In this document: piece after piece, positions 1 to 13,477 of the stretch | How positions within the stretch are numbered: position 1 is the first letter of the stretch | Layout: each line of letters begins with the position of its first letter | NCBI GenBank assembly: GCA_030141605.1 | Contig: JAQGDQ010001213.1 | Location: forward strand, 1 to 54,932 | Reading direction: 5' to 3' | Source: Tubiluchus corallicola | Lineage: Eukaryota > Animalia > Priapulida | DNA: 54,932 bases | Position numbers and translations under genes: made by a program | Notes under the pieces: model-generated | Seen by the model: only the letters and a program-made list of their open reading frames with translations | What the model was told of the DNA's origin: nothing | The model's database searches: none

Positions 1-7
1 TAAACGA

Positions 8-53
<46 letters not shown>

Positions 54-149
54 ATAATAAAACGAATAAATAAATATATAATAATCTTTATATTTTGCCA
101 TTAAAATAGCTTAATAATCATTGAAAAAAACTTTACAGAGATGATCAAT

Positions 150-667
150 CAGTGTTAGTTAATAAAAACTTACACTGCTAAAGGCAAATGCGTCAGTGCA
201 ATCTAAACTACTGTGCAGTAATGGAAAGTAAAGACAAATAAAATCAAACACATTTACAACTCTTCAAAAGAATGAAAATTTAAGATATAATTAATATGGC
301 CGCGGATATAAAAGTTCTGAATTAGTGTGTATTTTGTCGTACTGATGTGATGGTGTTTCATATCTGATTTTAATCTTGTTTTAAATGCTGATAGGGACTT
401 GATTTGTTTAACCTGTAATGGTAAAGAATTCCAAAGTAGAATTGCTTGCTTGATTACAGAGTTCGTTCCATAGTGGGTATTTGTCCTAATTTGTTTTAGA
501 TTACTTGTTCTGGAATTAACGATAGGATTTGGAAAAAAGGTAAATCTGTTATTCTGGAATGGTTTGCTGATGTTGTTAATCATTATTATCGTGTTCTTAA
601 CATCCTTCTGTTTGACAGGTTTGGCTTCCATTATTAAAAATATCAATAAAACAAACTTTAAATTCAA
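150..667 (-). mobile_element. 3' fragment of a CR1/L2-group LINE (ORF2 C-terminus plus 3' UTR)
   Basis: Minus ORF contains 'RTNTHYGTNSVIKQAILLWNSLPLQVKQIKSLSAFKTRLK', the typical WNxLP...FK..LK end of ORF2. A related fragment lies at 31686-32000, and the 3' UTR motif 'gacgcatttg' recurs at ~14651 and ~31410. Confidence 0.7.
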
Positions 668-709
668 GGTTGTCAGTCTATTTCAACTTGAAGCCATATA
701 CAAACACAT

Positions 710-2402
<1,693 letters not shown>

Positions 2403-2845
2403 AATATTCATTCTACATACAACAGTATGTAAAGGAAATAAATGTAGTACATCTGTAATTAGTTTTGCGATTTAATGATTTAATTAAACAGGTCGTCTGT
2501 GCTGTTAAGTGCCTTATTGCATTTTGTTCGCACTCCTTCGTTGCTCTACATCTTGTTACAACGTGTTGTTCGACTTGCATTTCATCTTCGCAAATATTAC
2601 ACAGTCTTCTGTGGTGTGGTACTGCGGGTTACCGGAAAAGCCAAAACAAACTATCTATCTAGTCTATCTATGGAATCCAATGATATTACAAAATCTATAA
2701 CTAAAAAAATTGCATAAAATGATATATAAGGGTAAATATGTTATAAAACAAAGTAAAAGAAATTGTACACGCACAAGTTGTATAATTGAAGTACCAGCGA
2801 AAATTTCCAACACCAAGTTTGATCTGTATCATACGTCAGATACAT

Positions 2846-3200
2846 TAAAATATTGAAAACTACAATAGCTATTTCAAAGCTTAGATTAAATAATAATTAC
2901 CTCGGATATTCAAATTTTGTTAAACTTTCTAAGCTACGCGGGGCTCAGTGAATCTACTAAGACTGGCAGCGACGCCTTTTTGTCAGATTCACGTGGCCGA
3001 CAAATAGAAGGCGGTACCGTGATAACCGTGATCATGAACTGCAGTGTTAGTTTCTGACGTCATATGATTTAAAGCCCATTTTTCGTGACATCATGAGTTT
3101 AAACAGTACTGTAAATGTACTTACCGGGTATGCAAATGTGCTGACGCGCAAGGGAAGGTGTCTGCCATTGCACAATCTGTGGTTAGTTTCTGACGTCAGC
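2846..3200 (-). mobile_element. Dispersed repeat family A, fragment
   Basis: Largely the reverse complement of ~38680-38905 (e.g. taaaatattgaaaactacaatagct...cttagattaaataataatta). Confidence 0.75.
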
Positions 3201-3369
3201 AATAGTTGTGTTCGGTTGCCGTTAATTAGCTTTCTAAGCTAATTATTCACATATAAGGAACAATTGTTAACTTTAATAGGCAAGAAAATGTATTTTTTGG
3301 ACAGAAAAATAAAATGAGATTAAGTCTAAACAATCGGTCCGGTCTTCCTTTAATAAAGCCATTAATAAT

Positions 3370-3810
3370 GGGATGCCCACACTGTATCTCGACATTAGAC
3401 GGAGAAGCTGCACAAGCAGCCAACAGCTAGAGGGCGGAGGTGGTCAAGTGACCCAACGGCCAAGTGTAGAGGAGTAAACCTTCCAAATCAGGAATGGAGC
3501 CCCGAAGGCGGACCAGTGCAGCATGCTCACTGACTCCTGCAGCTCCTGCAGCCAACCTGGTGCCAAACGTATCACTCCGCTTTCCTTTCGACTACACCAG
3601 GGAGGAAGAGAGGGGGTTCCTGTTGTCTGGGCAACTCAGGATCTCCATACACCTTGCCCAGGCGTGCGCCCTGGAGAGCCCACTCCAGTGGTTCAAGGAT
3701 CGGATTGCTCAGCCACAGTCGACGCGGCACCTCCATCAATGTGATCAACAACTGACTCTCTTGTCGCACACTTTATTGTCTTCCGAGACAGAAGGATGCC
3801 AACAACAACA
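3370..3810 (+). mobile_element. Bipartite non-autonomous RTE retroposon, copy 1
   Basis: Closely matches 11906-12324(-) and 25495-26010(+). The 3' part encodes RTE ORF C-terminal 'SRIGLLSHSRR' and ends in ggatgc(caa)n. Confidence 0.75.
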
Positions 3811-3875
3811 GCTAAATAATAATGAAATTATCACTTTTTTCACTGATTCTAGACCAGACACTATAAAGTACATTT

Positions 3876-4540
3876 TCGTCTCATAATTACTTCGCGTTTG
3901 ATTAACTTGACTTGTGAATATTACATTGTCTGTCTTCTTGCTCATCTCTCTTTCATAATTTTTTTTCATCTCATTCCCTCCTTTTTTAGGCTTGTTATAA
4001 CATTGAAATAGCTTAAATTTCCCTCTAATCTTACTGTACTTATTTGCTTCTGAATGACCTTTTACATTAATAGTGTTCTAGTTTTCTGTATTTAAGCTGT
4101 GAAAGGCAGGTCTACCTTGAACATTTAGACCTATGGGCTAGCCAGGCTAATTGTTCCGCTGTCTTTTAGTATAGTGGTATTTTAGTATTGATAATAATTA
4201 TGTTATTTGATTCTGTGATTGTACGTGCTAGTATAGTTATTATAATACAATAATTCGTGACTTCTTAATGATTATAATATAATTCTTCGTGACTTCTTAT
4301 TGATTATGATGTAATTCTTCGTGACTTCTTAATGATTATAATATAATTCTTCGTGACTTCTTAGTGATTATAATACAATTCTTCGTGACTTGTTAATGAT
4401 TATAATCTAATTTCTCGTGACTTGTTAATGATTGTGTTGTTTGATTCTTTGATTGTAAAAGCTAACAGGCTTAATAATTGTGGGCAAACTTTAATTCAGT
4501 ACCAGCTCTCCCTCCTATTTCCGCCCATTATAACAATGAA
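3876..4540 (+). repeat. Dispersed repeat B with an internal 32-bp tandem array (~4250-4430)
   Basis: Direct-orientation copy at ~15128-15630, which carries only one 32-bp unit. Confidence 0.8.
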
Positions 4541-4664
4541 ATGAGCAATTCAGTTTATTGTATAAAGATACAAATATATTCGGTCTATAATCTTCGTTTT
4601 ATTACTATTCCTTACATCCTGATGGCGGTTTAAAAAAATAGAACGTTTTATGCTGAGATGAAGA

Positions 4665-4745
4665 GTCGATTGGGATGCCCTTTTAGCGACTAAAGTTGAG
4701 CAATGCCGGAACCGACCAGTTTTTGGGTGGGCGACCGCAGGCTTC
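4665..4745 (+). mobile_element. Degenerate 5S rRNA-like segment (possible old SINE3 head)
   Basis: 'ctaaagttgagcaatgccggaaccgaccagtttttgggtgggcgaccgc' aligns by eye to the 5S internal promoter region (aagttaagcaacg...agtacttggatgggtgaccgc). Confidence 0.4.
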
Positions 4746-5294
4746 TATATTTGTTCTGGAATGAGGAATGTCTGCTATATTGTTCGTGAATATTTGCTTC
4801 GTTGATGGAAAACGTATACCGCTACGCCTGTGGTAGGTCATTTTTCGTCTTGGGAGATTATGTCTGATGATGAAATAGGTCCCGATACTGCCACAAATGT
4901 TTAAATTAAGTATGTCGTGCCCGTGTTAGTGTTGGAGCAGCGCTGAATTTCGGTAGAGTTCGCTGGTGGCTGATTCGCCACCAATACTGTACAATTAATA
5001 TTACCAGCGTAGACATAGCACACATCCATTGAAAGAATAATTTATCTAGGGGAGATGAGGGCTAGTTGCAACATGTGCTGCAGCAATTTATTTAAACAAT
5101 AGGAAAAGAGAAGAATAGAATCATCTTTTGCACGTCTAAAAGAATGATGTGTAGATGTAAACAATTAGTTGACACTGAAGGCTGTCATTGTTTGTTAGGC
5201 ACGTGAAAAGGTCGGTGCCTTTTGTTTTTACCAAATTTTAGCAAAGAAATGTGAGAAAGTTATGACTGTTCGTGAATTTGAACCACTGGCCAAC

Positions 5295-6010
5295 GAATGA
5301 ATGATTGATTGATTGGTTGAATGAATGAATGAATAAATGATTGAATGGATGAATGATTGAATGAATGAATGAATGAATGAATGAATGAATGAATGAATGA
5401 ATGAATGAATGAATGAATGAATGAATGAATGAATGATTGAATGAATGGATGAATGATTGAATGAACGAACGAACGAACGAACGAACGAACGAACGAGTGA
5501 ATGAATGAATGAATGAATGAATGAATGAAGGAATGAATGAATAATGAATGAATGAATAAAATAAATAATGAATGAATGAATGCATGAATGAACGAACAAA
5601 CGAACGAATCAATGAATGAATAATATAATGAATGAACGAACGAACGAATATCTGAGTGAATGAATGAATGAACGAATCAATTAATGAATGAATGAATGAG
5701 TGAATGAATGAATGAATGAATGAATGAATGAATGAATGAATGAATGAATGAATGAATGAATGAATGAATGAATAAATAAATAAATAAATATGTATGAACG
5801 AATTAATGAATTATTGAATAAATAAATAAACGAACGAATCAATTACTGAATAAAATAAATAAGGAATGAGTGAATGAATAAATGAATAAATGAATAAATG
5901 AATGAATAAATAAATAAATAAAATATCTGAGTGAATGAATGAATGAAAGAACGAATCAATTAATAAATAAAATAAATAATGAAGGAGCGAATGAATGAAT
6001 GAATGAGTGA
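5295..6010. repeat. (GAAT)n/(GAAC)n/(TAAA)n tetranucleotide microsatellite
   Basis: Read directly from the sequence. Confidence 0.97.
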
Positions 6011-6677
6011 ACATCATTTATTAACAGCAGTAACGCCTAGGATCACCACAAATGACAAATTAAATTTCACATTAACTAGGATTTTAATGGCATAGTCAGT
6101 AAATGCAACTGCAGAATATGTAATGCCGCTAATCAATTATTAATTTTAAATTATGAAAGTAAAATGAAGCCATTTTGTTGATTATTCAAAGCGCGGCTTC
6201 AAATCTTCAATCCTTTAAATGTTTCACACAATCCATTTAACGAGTTTCATGGTTTTAACCAATGATGTATCAATTAATTTGTAATTGTTATTATTAAAAA
6301 TTATTGGCCGTAGATAAACTCTCTCCTCTTCAGAATTTCGTCGACGCCGTCACGTTTACGGATGAGCAAAACCGCCAAAACGTAACAAGAGCACGTGACC
6401 GCGTCGTTTGCTTGTTTCAGTTAAAATAAAAATTATCTGTTTTACAAGTTCACTGAACATTATTACATGCGCATTTAACGCGTTGCATTCGGAATTCGTG
6501 GGAATTTGCGCACAGAATTGTCAGGAACTGCAATTAAACGACAGAAGGCACTTTGTCTGTTTCTGTAGTTCTGTTGTTAAAGACGACATTAGATGGCTTT
6601 TGTGAGAACTTGCTAACTGCTTTCATTGCTGACATTGTTAGTTGTATTTTACGTAGTAGAGGTAAGAATAGGTAAAA

Positions 6678-8414
6678 ATGGCGGACCCAAAACCAAAAAG
6701 GTTCTCTTTCCGTCAGTCCATGGCAGAACGCACTGCAGCATTGTCCACTCACGGGCTGCACAATGTGGGTTCGTCTAAGACCTCTTTCCGGAGGCTGTTG
6801 TGGGCGCTGTTGTTCACTGCAGCTTTGACGATTTTAGTAATTCAAGCCACCTCTAGAGTCCGGAAGTACTTCGTCTATCCTATCGAGACCAGATATGAGA
6901 AGATCAGTCCTCCGAAAGTGGCCATCCCAGCTTTGACGTTGTGTTCCAACAACCAGGTGAAGATGAAGAAGATGCTGGAATCGTTGGAGGAGGTGAAGTA
7001 TCTGAAGCGGACGCGCACGATCTTCTACGAAACGGCTCTCGGATACAAGAGGCAAAAGATCCAGAAACTTGGAGAGGACCTGGACAGCATTGTGGAGAAG
7101 TGCAAACTTCCGCCGAGAAACGTCAGGAGCAAGAAGCGAAGGGAGTGTCCACAAAACTATGCAATGCATGCATCAAAATATGGCAATTGTTTTACATTCA
7201 ATCCAGGGTGGAGGGTCTCAGACGATGAGAATTCCACTTACGTGGTCCATGCAGGTAATGTGACACACCCAGTGCCAACACTCACCTGCAGTCCTGAATC
7301 AGCACAGGTGGGCATTGAGTTTGACCTCAATATCGACTACTTCAACTACACGGTGAATCCGGAACCGGATGATGACCCCGTCAGAAAACCAGGTCTGTAC
7401 CTTCAACTTCATGTTCCTGGCACATTTCCGGTAATGGATGACATGCTATTCATCCGTTCCGGAGAAGAAGCCGTTTTTACTCTCAGCGAAGAGAGCTTAG
7501 AGAGAGAAAGGAAACCCAACGAGAAGAACTGCATCAACTACAAGTGGTTGTCGCGGAAGGAAAAAGAAATGTATTACGATGTGTACACAGAGGTTTATGG
7601 ATCAAAATACTCGGTTGACACTTGTAAGAAGACGTGTGAGCAAGTGAGAGCGTTAAAACAATGTGGATGCGCTCTGAACGATTATCCGGTAACGGAAAAA
7701 CTGGCCGAGTATGCTACCGGAAACTCTTCCTTCCGGTTCTGTTACGAATACAGAGGCGAGTGCGAGCAAGAAGAAGAGGAAGAGAATGACGATGATGTTG
7801 GCGAAGACATAGATGAGATTTTGAAGCATAAGAACACGACAGCAGTCAGTGAAGTTGACTGTAAATGTCCGATTCCTTGCCAGGAGACGAACTACCGGGT
7901 GAATCTGCGGTCGTCCGGCGGCATCTACACGACCAAAGACGATGTCAGGGCTATTTGGCAGTACTACATCAAGAAAAACCACCGCATTCCCGAGAATTTT
8001 ACTTGGGCTAGGGCATGGCATCCCTCATTCAGGAATGACACCAACAGCCTGAACCACGTGTTTAGGAACTACAAATACGGCGACCTCGATACTGCGGACT
8101 TGGAAATACTGGAACAGCGACTAGAACAGATCAGCAAAATTCACGTTACTATAAAGCTTCGAGATCCTTCCGTAGTCATCATCAAGGAGAAGTTGGCTTA
8201 TTCTCCCATCGACCTCTGCGCCGACATCGGTGGCCTCATTGGTCTCTACCTGGGCATGTCCGTGCTAGCCATCTGCGAGTTTGCAGAACTGGCCTTCGAT
8301 TTCTTCAAGTACAGCATCTTGAAGTGTTATTATGCCGGCAACCCTGAGGCAGATGTTGAGGACCACAAGAAGACAGGAGGGGATGCCGATGGTCTACAAG
8401 AAACAGCAACTTAG
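6678..8414 (+). CDS. DEG/ENaC/ASIC/FaNaC superfamily (amiloride-sensitive) sodium channel subunit, 578 aa, single coding exon
   Basis: N-terminal HG gating motif (STHGL), TM1 (RRLLWALLFTAALTILVIQ), post-TM1 IPALTLCSNN, YGNCFTFN, Cys-rich thumb (CKKTC.Q....QCGC; CKCPIPC.E..Y), and TM2 DLCADIGGLIGLYLGMSVLAICEF with G-x-S filter. Uninterrupted ORF, GC-richer than flanks, AATAAA at 8812-8817. Confidence 0.96.
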   Translation: MADPKPKRFSFRQSMAERTAALSTHGLHNVGSSKTSFRRLLWALLFTAALTILVIQATSRVRKYFVYPIETRYEKISPPKVAIPALTLCSNNQVKMKKMLESLEEVKYLKRTRTIFYETALGYKRQKIQKLGEDLDSIVEKCKLPPRNVRSKKRRECPQNYAMHASKYGNCFTFNPGWRVSDDENSTYVVHAGNVTHPVPTLTCSPESAQVGIEFDLNIDYFNYTVNPEPDDDPVRKPGLYLQLHVPGTFPVMDDMLFIRSGEEAVFTLSEESLERERKPNEKNCINYKWLSRKEKEMYYDVYTEVYGSKYSVDTCKKTCEQVRALKQCGCALNDYPVTEKLAEYATGNSSFRFCYEYRGECEQEEEEENDDDVGEDIDEILKHKNTTAVSEVDCKCPIPCQETNYRVNLRSSGGIYTTKDDVRAIWQYYIKKNHRIPENFTWARAWHPSFRNDTNSLNHVFRNYKYGDLDTADLEILEQRLEQISKIHVTIKLRDPSVVIIKEKLAYSPIDLCADIGGLIGLYLGMSVLAICEFAELAFDFFKYSILKCYYAGNPEADVEDHKKTGGDADGLQETAT

Positions 8415-8454
8415 TGATAACCAGTTACTTTGCATATGAAGACCTTCTTAGTAG

Positions 8455-8730
8455 CGTTGTTTACTAAGCTATCTGTCACATCAGTGCAGTAATTTAAATT
8501 GTTTTACGTGGACTTTACTTAATTATGCATTATTCTGTGCATTAGAGTGATTTACTAGTAGGATCTTCCTTGGCAACAAGAAAAAATGAACTAGGTAAGG
8601 TTCTAGTTAGCTGTAAAAACTGTTACTATTACAACAGCATGAGCCACAACGCATTGTCAAGTGTACACAAATGCGTTGTCTGGTTTAGATAATGTTGTTA
8701 GATTCACTTAACCTTTGACCTTTATCGTCG
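8455..8730 (+). mobile_element. Dispersed repeat family A fragment in the probable 3' UTR of the channel
   Basis: Shares ttttacgtggactttacttaattatgcatt...aactaggtaaggttcta...ttgtcaagtgtacacaaatg with copies at ~27755, ~38310, ~44960(-) and ~50615(-). Confidence 0.8.
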
Positions 8731-9671
8731 TTTACATAGCGGTAAAACATGTTTCAGAAGCCGCTTCGTTATTGACATTTCACGTTTTTGTGAGTTGTTA
8801 TAATCGATAATAATAAATAGTATTTCTAATTTAATACGTTTTATAACAACTACAACATCAACGTCGCATGCCGTCTAACTTACTAACTTCACGAAAACGG
8901 AAAACTGCTAATTAAACTTAATTTTCAAACGCAAACCACAAAACCATTTTTGGCATTAAGCGCCCAACAATCAGGGAGATCTTTACTCGTTGAAATTAAC
9001 CCAATGGCATGTTATCCGTTACAGATATGTTTACGTTTTTCACGTTTAACGTGTCTTATATCGTGATTTTGCGCTTCCACTGCCATCTGTTAACAAAAAA
9101 TGAAGTAGCACTATCGCTATCGTCAGTGTCTATTGTTTTCTGGATTAACTGCTATGTTTGCCTGTCCTGAAGAGAGATTCCTTTTAACGTATTGAAATTC
9201 TGGCTACACATGTCTGGAAAGTAGACAGTAGCATTGAATAACAGACTCTCAATACACGTGATTCTCCAGGAAAGCACCTGTTTGGACGGAAAGCCATCAG
9301 TTGATGTTAATAAGAAAGATAGAACAATGTGGTCAAGCTTACTGTTCTCCTGTGGTCAGTGCATGGTAAACTGGTAAATTAATGTTAAAATTTTAACAGG
9401 TAAACTGATAAATTATAGTTATAATCATAACGATAGTAAAAGAGACAAAAACATGGTCCTGCATAATACTTTAGGTAATTTGTGTAGGTAGTAATTAATT
9501 TGGTAAATTAACGCCATGATTCGTTTAAAACTGTGCCAATCACAGTAAAATCGAAGTAGTGTACTTAATTAGTGCATAATATAATTTGCTAATCATTTAT
9601 TTACACGTAAATACAACAAACCACAAACAATTTCTGCAGACACGCACATTGTAATTGAAATACTTTGTGAT

Positions 9672-10395
9672 TTCATTCAGTCACTTGTACTTAAGCTTCA
9701 TTGTGTGTTGTGAATATAAATTGTGCTGTCATTCAGTCAATTATACTTAAGTTTAATTGCCTAATGTGAATATAATTTGTGCTCTCATTCAGTCACTTGT
9801 ACTTAAGCTTCATTTTGTGTTGTGAATATAAATTGCGCTCACATACCGTCACTTGTACATGAGCTTCATTGCCTATTGTGAATATATATTGTGCTCTCAT
9901 TCAGTTACTTGTTACTAAGTTTCATTGTCTGTTGTGAATATAAATTATGTTCTCATTCAGTCACTTGTACTTAAGCTTCATTGTTTGTTGTGAATATAAA
10001 TTATGTTCTCATTCAGTCAATTATACTTAAGTTTTATTGTGTGTTGTGAATATGAATTATGCTCTCATTCAGTCACTTGTACTTAAGCTTAATTGTATGT
10101 TGTAAATATATATTGTGTTCTCATTCAGTCACTTGTACTTAAGCTTCATTTGTGTGTTGTGAATATAAATTATGTTCTCATTCAATCACTTGTACTTAAG
10201 CTTCATTGTGTGTGGTGAATATAAATTATGTTCTCATTCAATCACTTGTACTTAAGCTTCATTTGTGTGTTGTGAATATAAATTATGTTCTCATTCAATC
10301 ACTTGTACTTAAGCTTTATTGTGTGTGGTGAATATAAATTATGTTCTCATTCAGTCACTTGTACTTAAGCTTCATTGCGTGTTGTGAATATAAAC
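9672..10395. repeat. 56-bp minisatellite, ~13 copies
   Basis: Unit ctcattcagtcacttgtacttaagcttcattgtgtgttgtgaatataaattatgtt. Confidence 0.95.
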
Positions 10396-10649
10396 TACAT
10401 TACACAGTTCCATAATAATGACTTATATAGTGACTTATATTATAAAAGAAAGAGTTGCTGTCCATGTTTTCCACGCCGCTAGTACAAACAGGTCAATGGA
10501 TCACAACCCAAGTTACATGTATGTCTTACCTTCCATACAAAGAGTCACTGGCAAAAGATTCGGCTAAAAACACAAGAAGCATAAGAAAAGATTGCAGATA
10601 TGAAAATAGTTTATTTACATTAACTGTTTGCAATAAACTATCTTCAAAC

Positions 10650-10965
10650 ATCAGCATTACAATCAAAAACATCTAAAAATTAAGTATGCAAAAATCAGCA
10701 TTGCTATCAAAAACAACTCAAAATTAAGTGCGCAAAAATCGGCATTATTATAAAAAACAACTCAAAATTAAGTTTACAAAAATCAGCATTATTATCAAAA
10801 ACAACTAAAAAACAAGTATGCAAAAATCGGCATTACTATCAAAAACAACTAAAAATCAAGCTTACAAAAATCAGCATTACTATCAAAACAACTAAAAATC
10901 AAGCTTACAAAAATCAGCATTACTATCAAAAACAGCTAAAGATTAAGTATGCAAAAATCAGCACT
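10650..10965. repeat. 44-bp minisatellite, ~7 copies
   Basis: Unit aaaatcagcattactatcaaaaacaactaaaaatcaagcttaca. Confidence 0.93.
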
Positions 10966-11175
10966 AATATCATCACTGAAAGGCAAGATCCAGGCTCATT
11001 CATTCGTGGAGAAACATTTGCAAAAGCTGTCTTAGAATCATTTAGGTAGTACATAGATATATGGAATGTAGCAGAGACACTCTTTCATTAGTATCAGGGA
11101 GAGAAAACAAATTTCAGTTCAACCAAAAAAAACGTTTCTATAACAACAAAAAACAGCAAAAAATACAACCTATTC

Positions 11176-11637
11176 AAGGGCGTATCAAGACTTTACGACG
11201 CCTTTGGCTGATAGTTCTGTCCCGCTATTTTCTAACGTGAATTTATGGTTGTTTATGTAATAAGCAGATTAAGCAATTACTTGTGGTGTATTAAGAACAC
11301 GGTTAACCTAGTTTCTACGTGGTCATTACTTTACACGTATTTGCATGTCGGTTATTACTACTATTATTTTATTTTTTTTATTTCGTACCATTACTACTTA
11401 TATTCAAGCACGCTGCGCAAATGCGAATTGTGTAATACTTTGCACCTGTTCGTTAAGCGGCACTTATATAAAAGCAGCGCTCAGTAACTGCCTGTGGTGT
11501 GTTAAAGGCGCCCTTACATAAATATGAAAGTATACACATTTTACGATAAGAACAAGAACTTTTTTCTGAAATGTGACGGCCCTCAAACTTTGGGGCCCTG
11601 GATTATAGGCTAGTGTCCTGTTGGTTAACACGCCCCC
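11176..11637 (+). mobile_element. Non-autonomous DNA element family C (hAT-like termini)
   Basis: Internal sequence is the reverse complement of ~32040-32310. Ends caagggcgt... and ...acgccccc resemble CAGGGGCG-type terminal inverted repeats (TIRs). No target-site duplication (TSD) confirmed. Confidence 0.5.
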
Positions 11638-11905
11638 GGGCCTATTCATGATGTTAAAGTGAGAATTTAACTGTATTAAAGTTTATGTTAACGTTTATTG
11701 AACCTGTATAATTCAAATTTTCTCCCAGTTAATATTAGTGAATTAAACATCGAAACTAAAATCCACACTTTATTACATGGTAACTGACTTTTCAATCTTG
11801 ACCAAACTGAAACTATTTTTGATGTATCGCAGGAATTTATAAAAGCTTCAAGCCGATTCAGTAAACTTTAACTTAACATTTTGCGTTTGTTCTAATGCCA
11901 TTATT

Positions 11906-12324
11906 GGTTGGCATCCTTCTGTCTCGGAAGACAGTGGAATGTGCGCCAAGAGAGTCAGTTATTGATCACATTGATGGAGCTGCAGCGTCGACTGTGGCTG
12001 AGCAGTCCGATCCTTGAACGTCTCCAGGGTGCACGCCTGGGCAAGGTGTATGGAGATCCTGAGTTGCCCAGACAACAGGAAACCCCCTCTCTTCCTCGCT
12101 GGTGTAGTCCAAAGGAAAGCGGAGCGATGCGTTTGGCACCAGGTTGGCTGCCAGAGTCAGTGAGCATGCTGCACTGGTCCGCCCTCGGGGCTCCACTCCT
12201 GATTTGGAAAGTTTACTCCTCTACACATGGCCGTTGGGTTACTTGACCTCCTCCGCCCTCTAGCCGTTGGCTGCTTGTGCAGCTCCTCCGCCTAGTGTCG
12301 AGATACAGTGTGGGCATCTCGCAC
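11906..12324 (-). mobile_element. Bipartite non-autonomous RTE retroposon, copy 2, with 10-bp TSD
   Basis: TSD tgccattatt at 11896-11905 and 12325-12334. Encodes 'RSRIGLLSHSRRC', the RTE ORF C-terminus. Confidence 0.85.
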
Positions 12325-12834
12325 TGCCATTATTAAAACATAGCTATCTATATCTAATTATAAATGCCTCAACTTTGGTATTCCTAATTCCTAAAGTATG
12401 TTAATCTGTTTATGGAAAATAAACATGTTAATAAAAAAGTGAGCATTTGATAATTTGGATAGATATGTAGATTTGTAAGATATGTTAGTTTGTGATGTCA
12501 TCATTAGTTGAGCTCGCCCGCCGTTAATTAAGTTTTTAATCTATTATTTAATTATCAGAAACGCTTTTGCAGTATTAATCGTGTTAAATGTATACTTTTT
12601 AGTGGACTTGAAAATGGGGCAGTGTATGAAAAATCATTCTGTCTTTCTTTTAAAAATCTAAATTATTAATAAAAAAAACTGCACTCCTACTCTGTGAAAA
12701 CACACATCGGTTTTGTGCACAGGCAGTGTCACTGATGCTTTGGTAGAAATCATTGTTCAATCGAACAGAAGATAGACTGAGCGAGGGAAGAAGTACATAG
12801 ACATAGATGGACAGATAAAAAGAGAAGGAGAGGA

Positions 12835-12910
12835 TGTGAGATAGAGAGAGAGAGAGAGAGAGAAATAAAGAGAGAAAGACAGAAAGAGAGACAGACAGAG
12901 AGAGAGGGGC

Positions 12911-12957
<47 letters not shown>

Positions 12958-13110
12958 AAAACAGAGACAGAGGCACAGAGAGAGACAGAGGAGAAAGAGA
13001 TGAGACGAGGCAAGAGAAACAAAGTAAAAAGAGGAAGAAAATGAAAGGTAAAAACAAAGAAAACAGCGAGTGTAGAAAAAAGAAGTGGAAAGAGAGATAG
13101 AGAGACATTA
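12835..13110. repeat. (GA)n / purine-rich tract
   Basis: Read directly from the sequence. Confidence 0.9.
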
Positions 13111-13477
13111 GACAGGATGTATCTATGCATCATCTGTGTAAATATGTTTCGAATATAAATGATGTTACTAATAATTAGCCTACTTCTAACAGTGTTTAGC
13201 CTTCACAAATTTACTAATGACTTATCAGTAGGCCTTAGCCGTTATACCGTGATGTCTATGCCGGAATTACCTAATTAGGAAAACCCTCATAATAACGTCA
13301 TTGTATACGTGGAAGCCATACATAATCTGTCATATAATTAGCCTGATTTCGATCTACATAGTTCGTACAATCCGCTTGGCCTAAATAATTTTGATCTGAC
13401 ATTATAGCCTCTTACTGTGGGTCTAACACTAGCTTTTACAACACTGCGTGTAATAATGTAATAATAATAAGAAGAAG

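Noticed and set aside
3494-3886. Small multi-copy ORFs (MEPRRRTSAACSLT...) at 3494, 11966 and 25621 as a gene family
   Set aside because: They come from the repeated RTE-derived element, and frames differ among copies.
9672-10965. 56-bp and 44-bp arrays as CRISPR-like or regulatory arrays
   Set aside because: Ordinary contiguous minisatellites without spacers.
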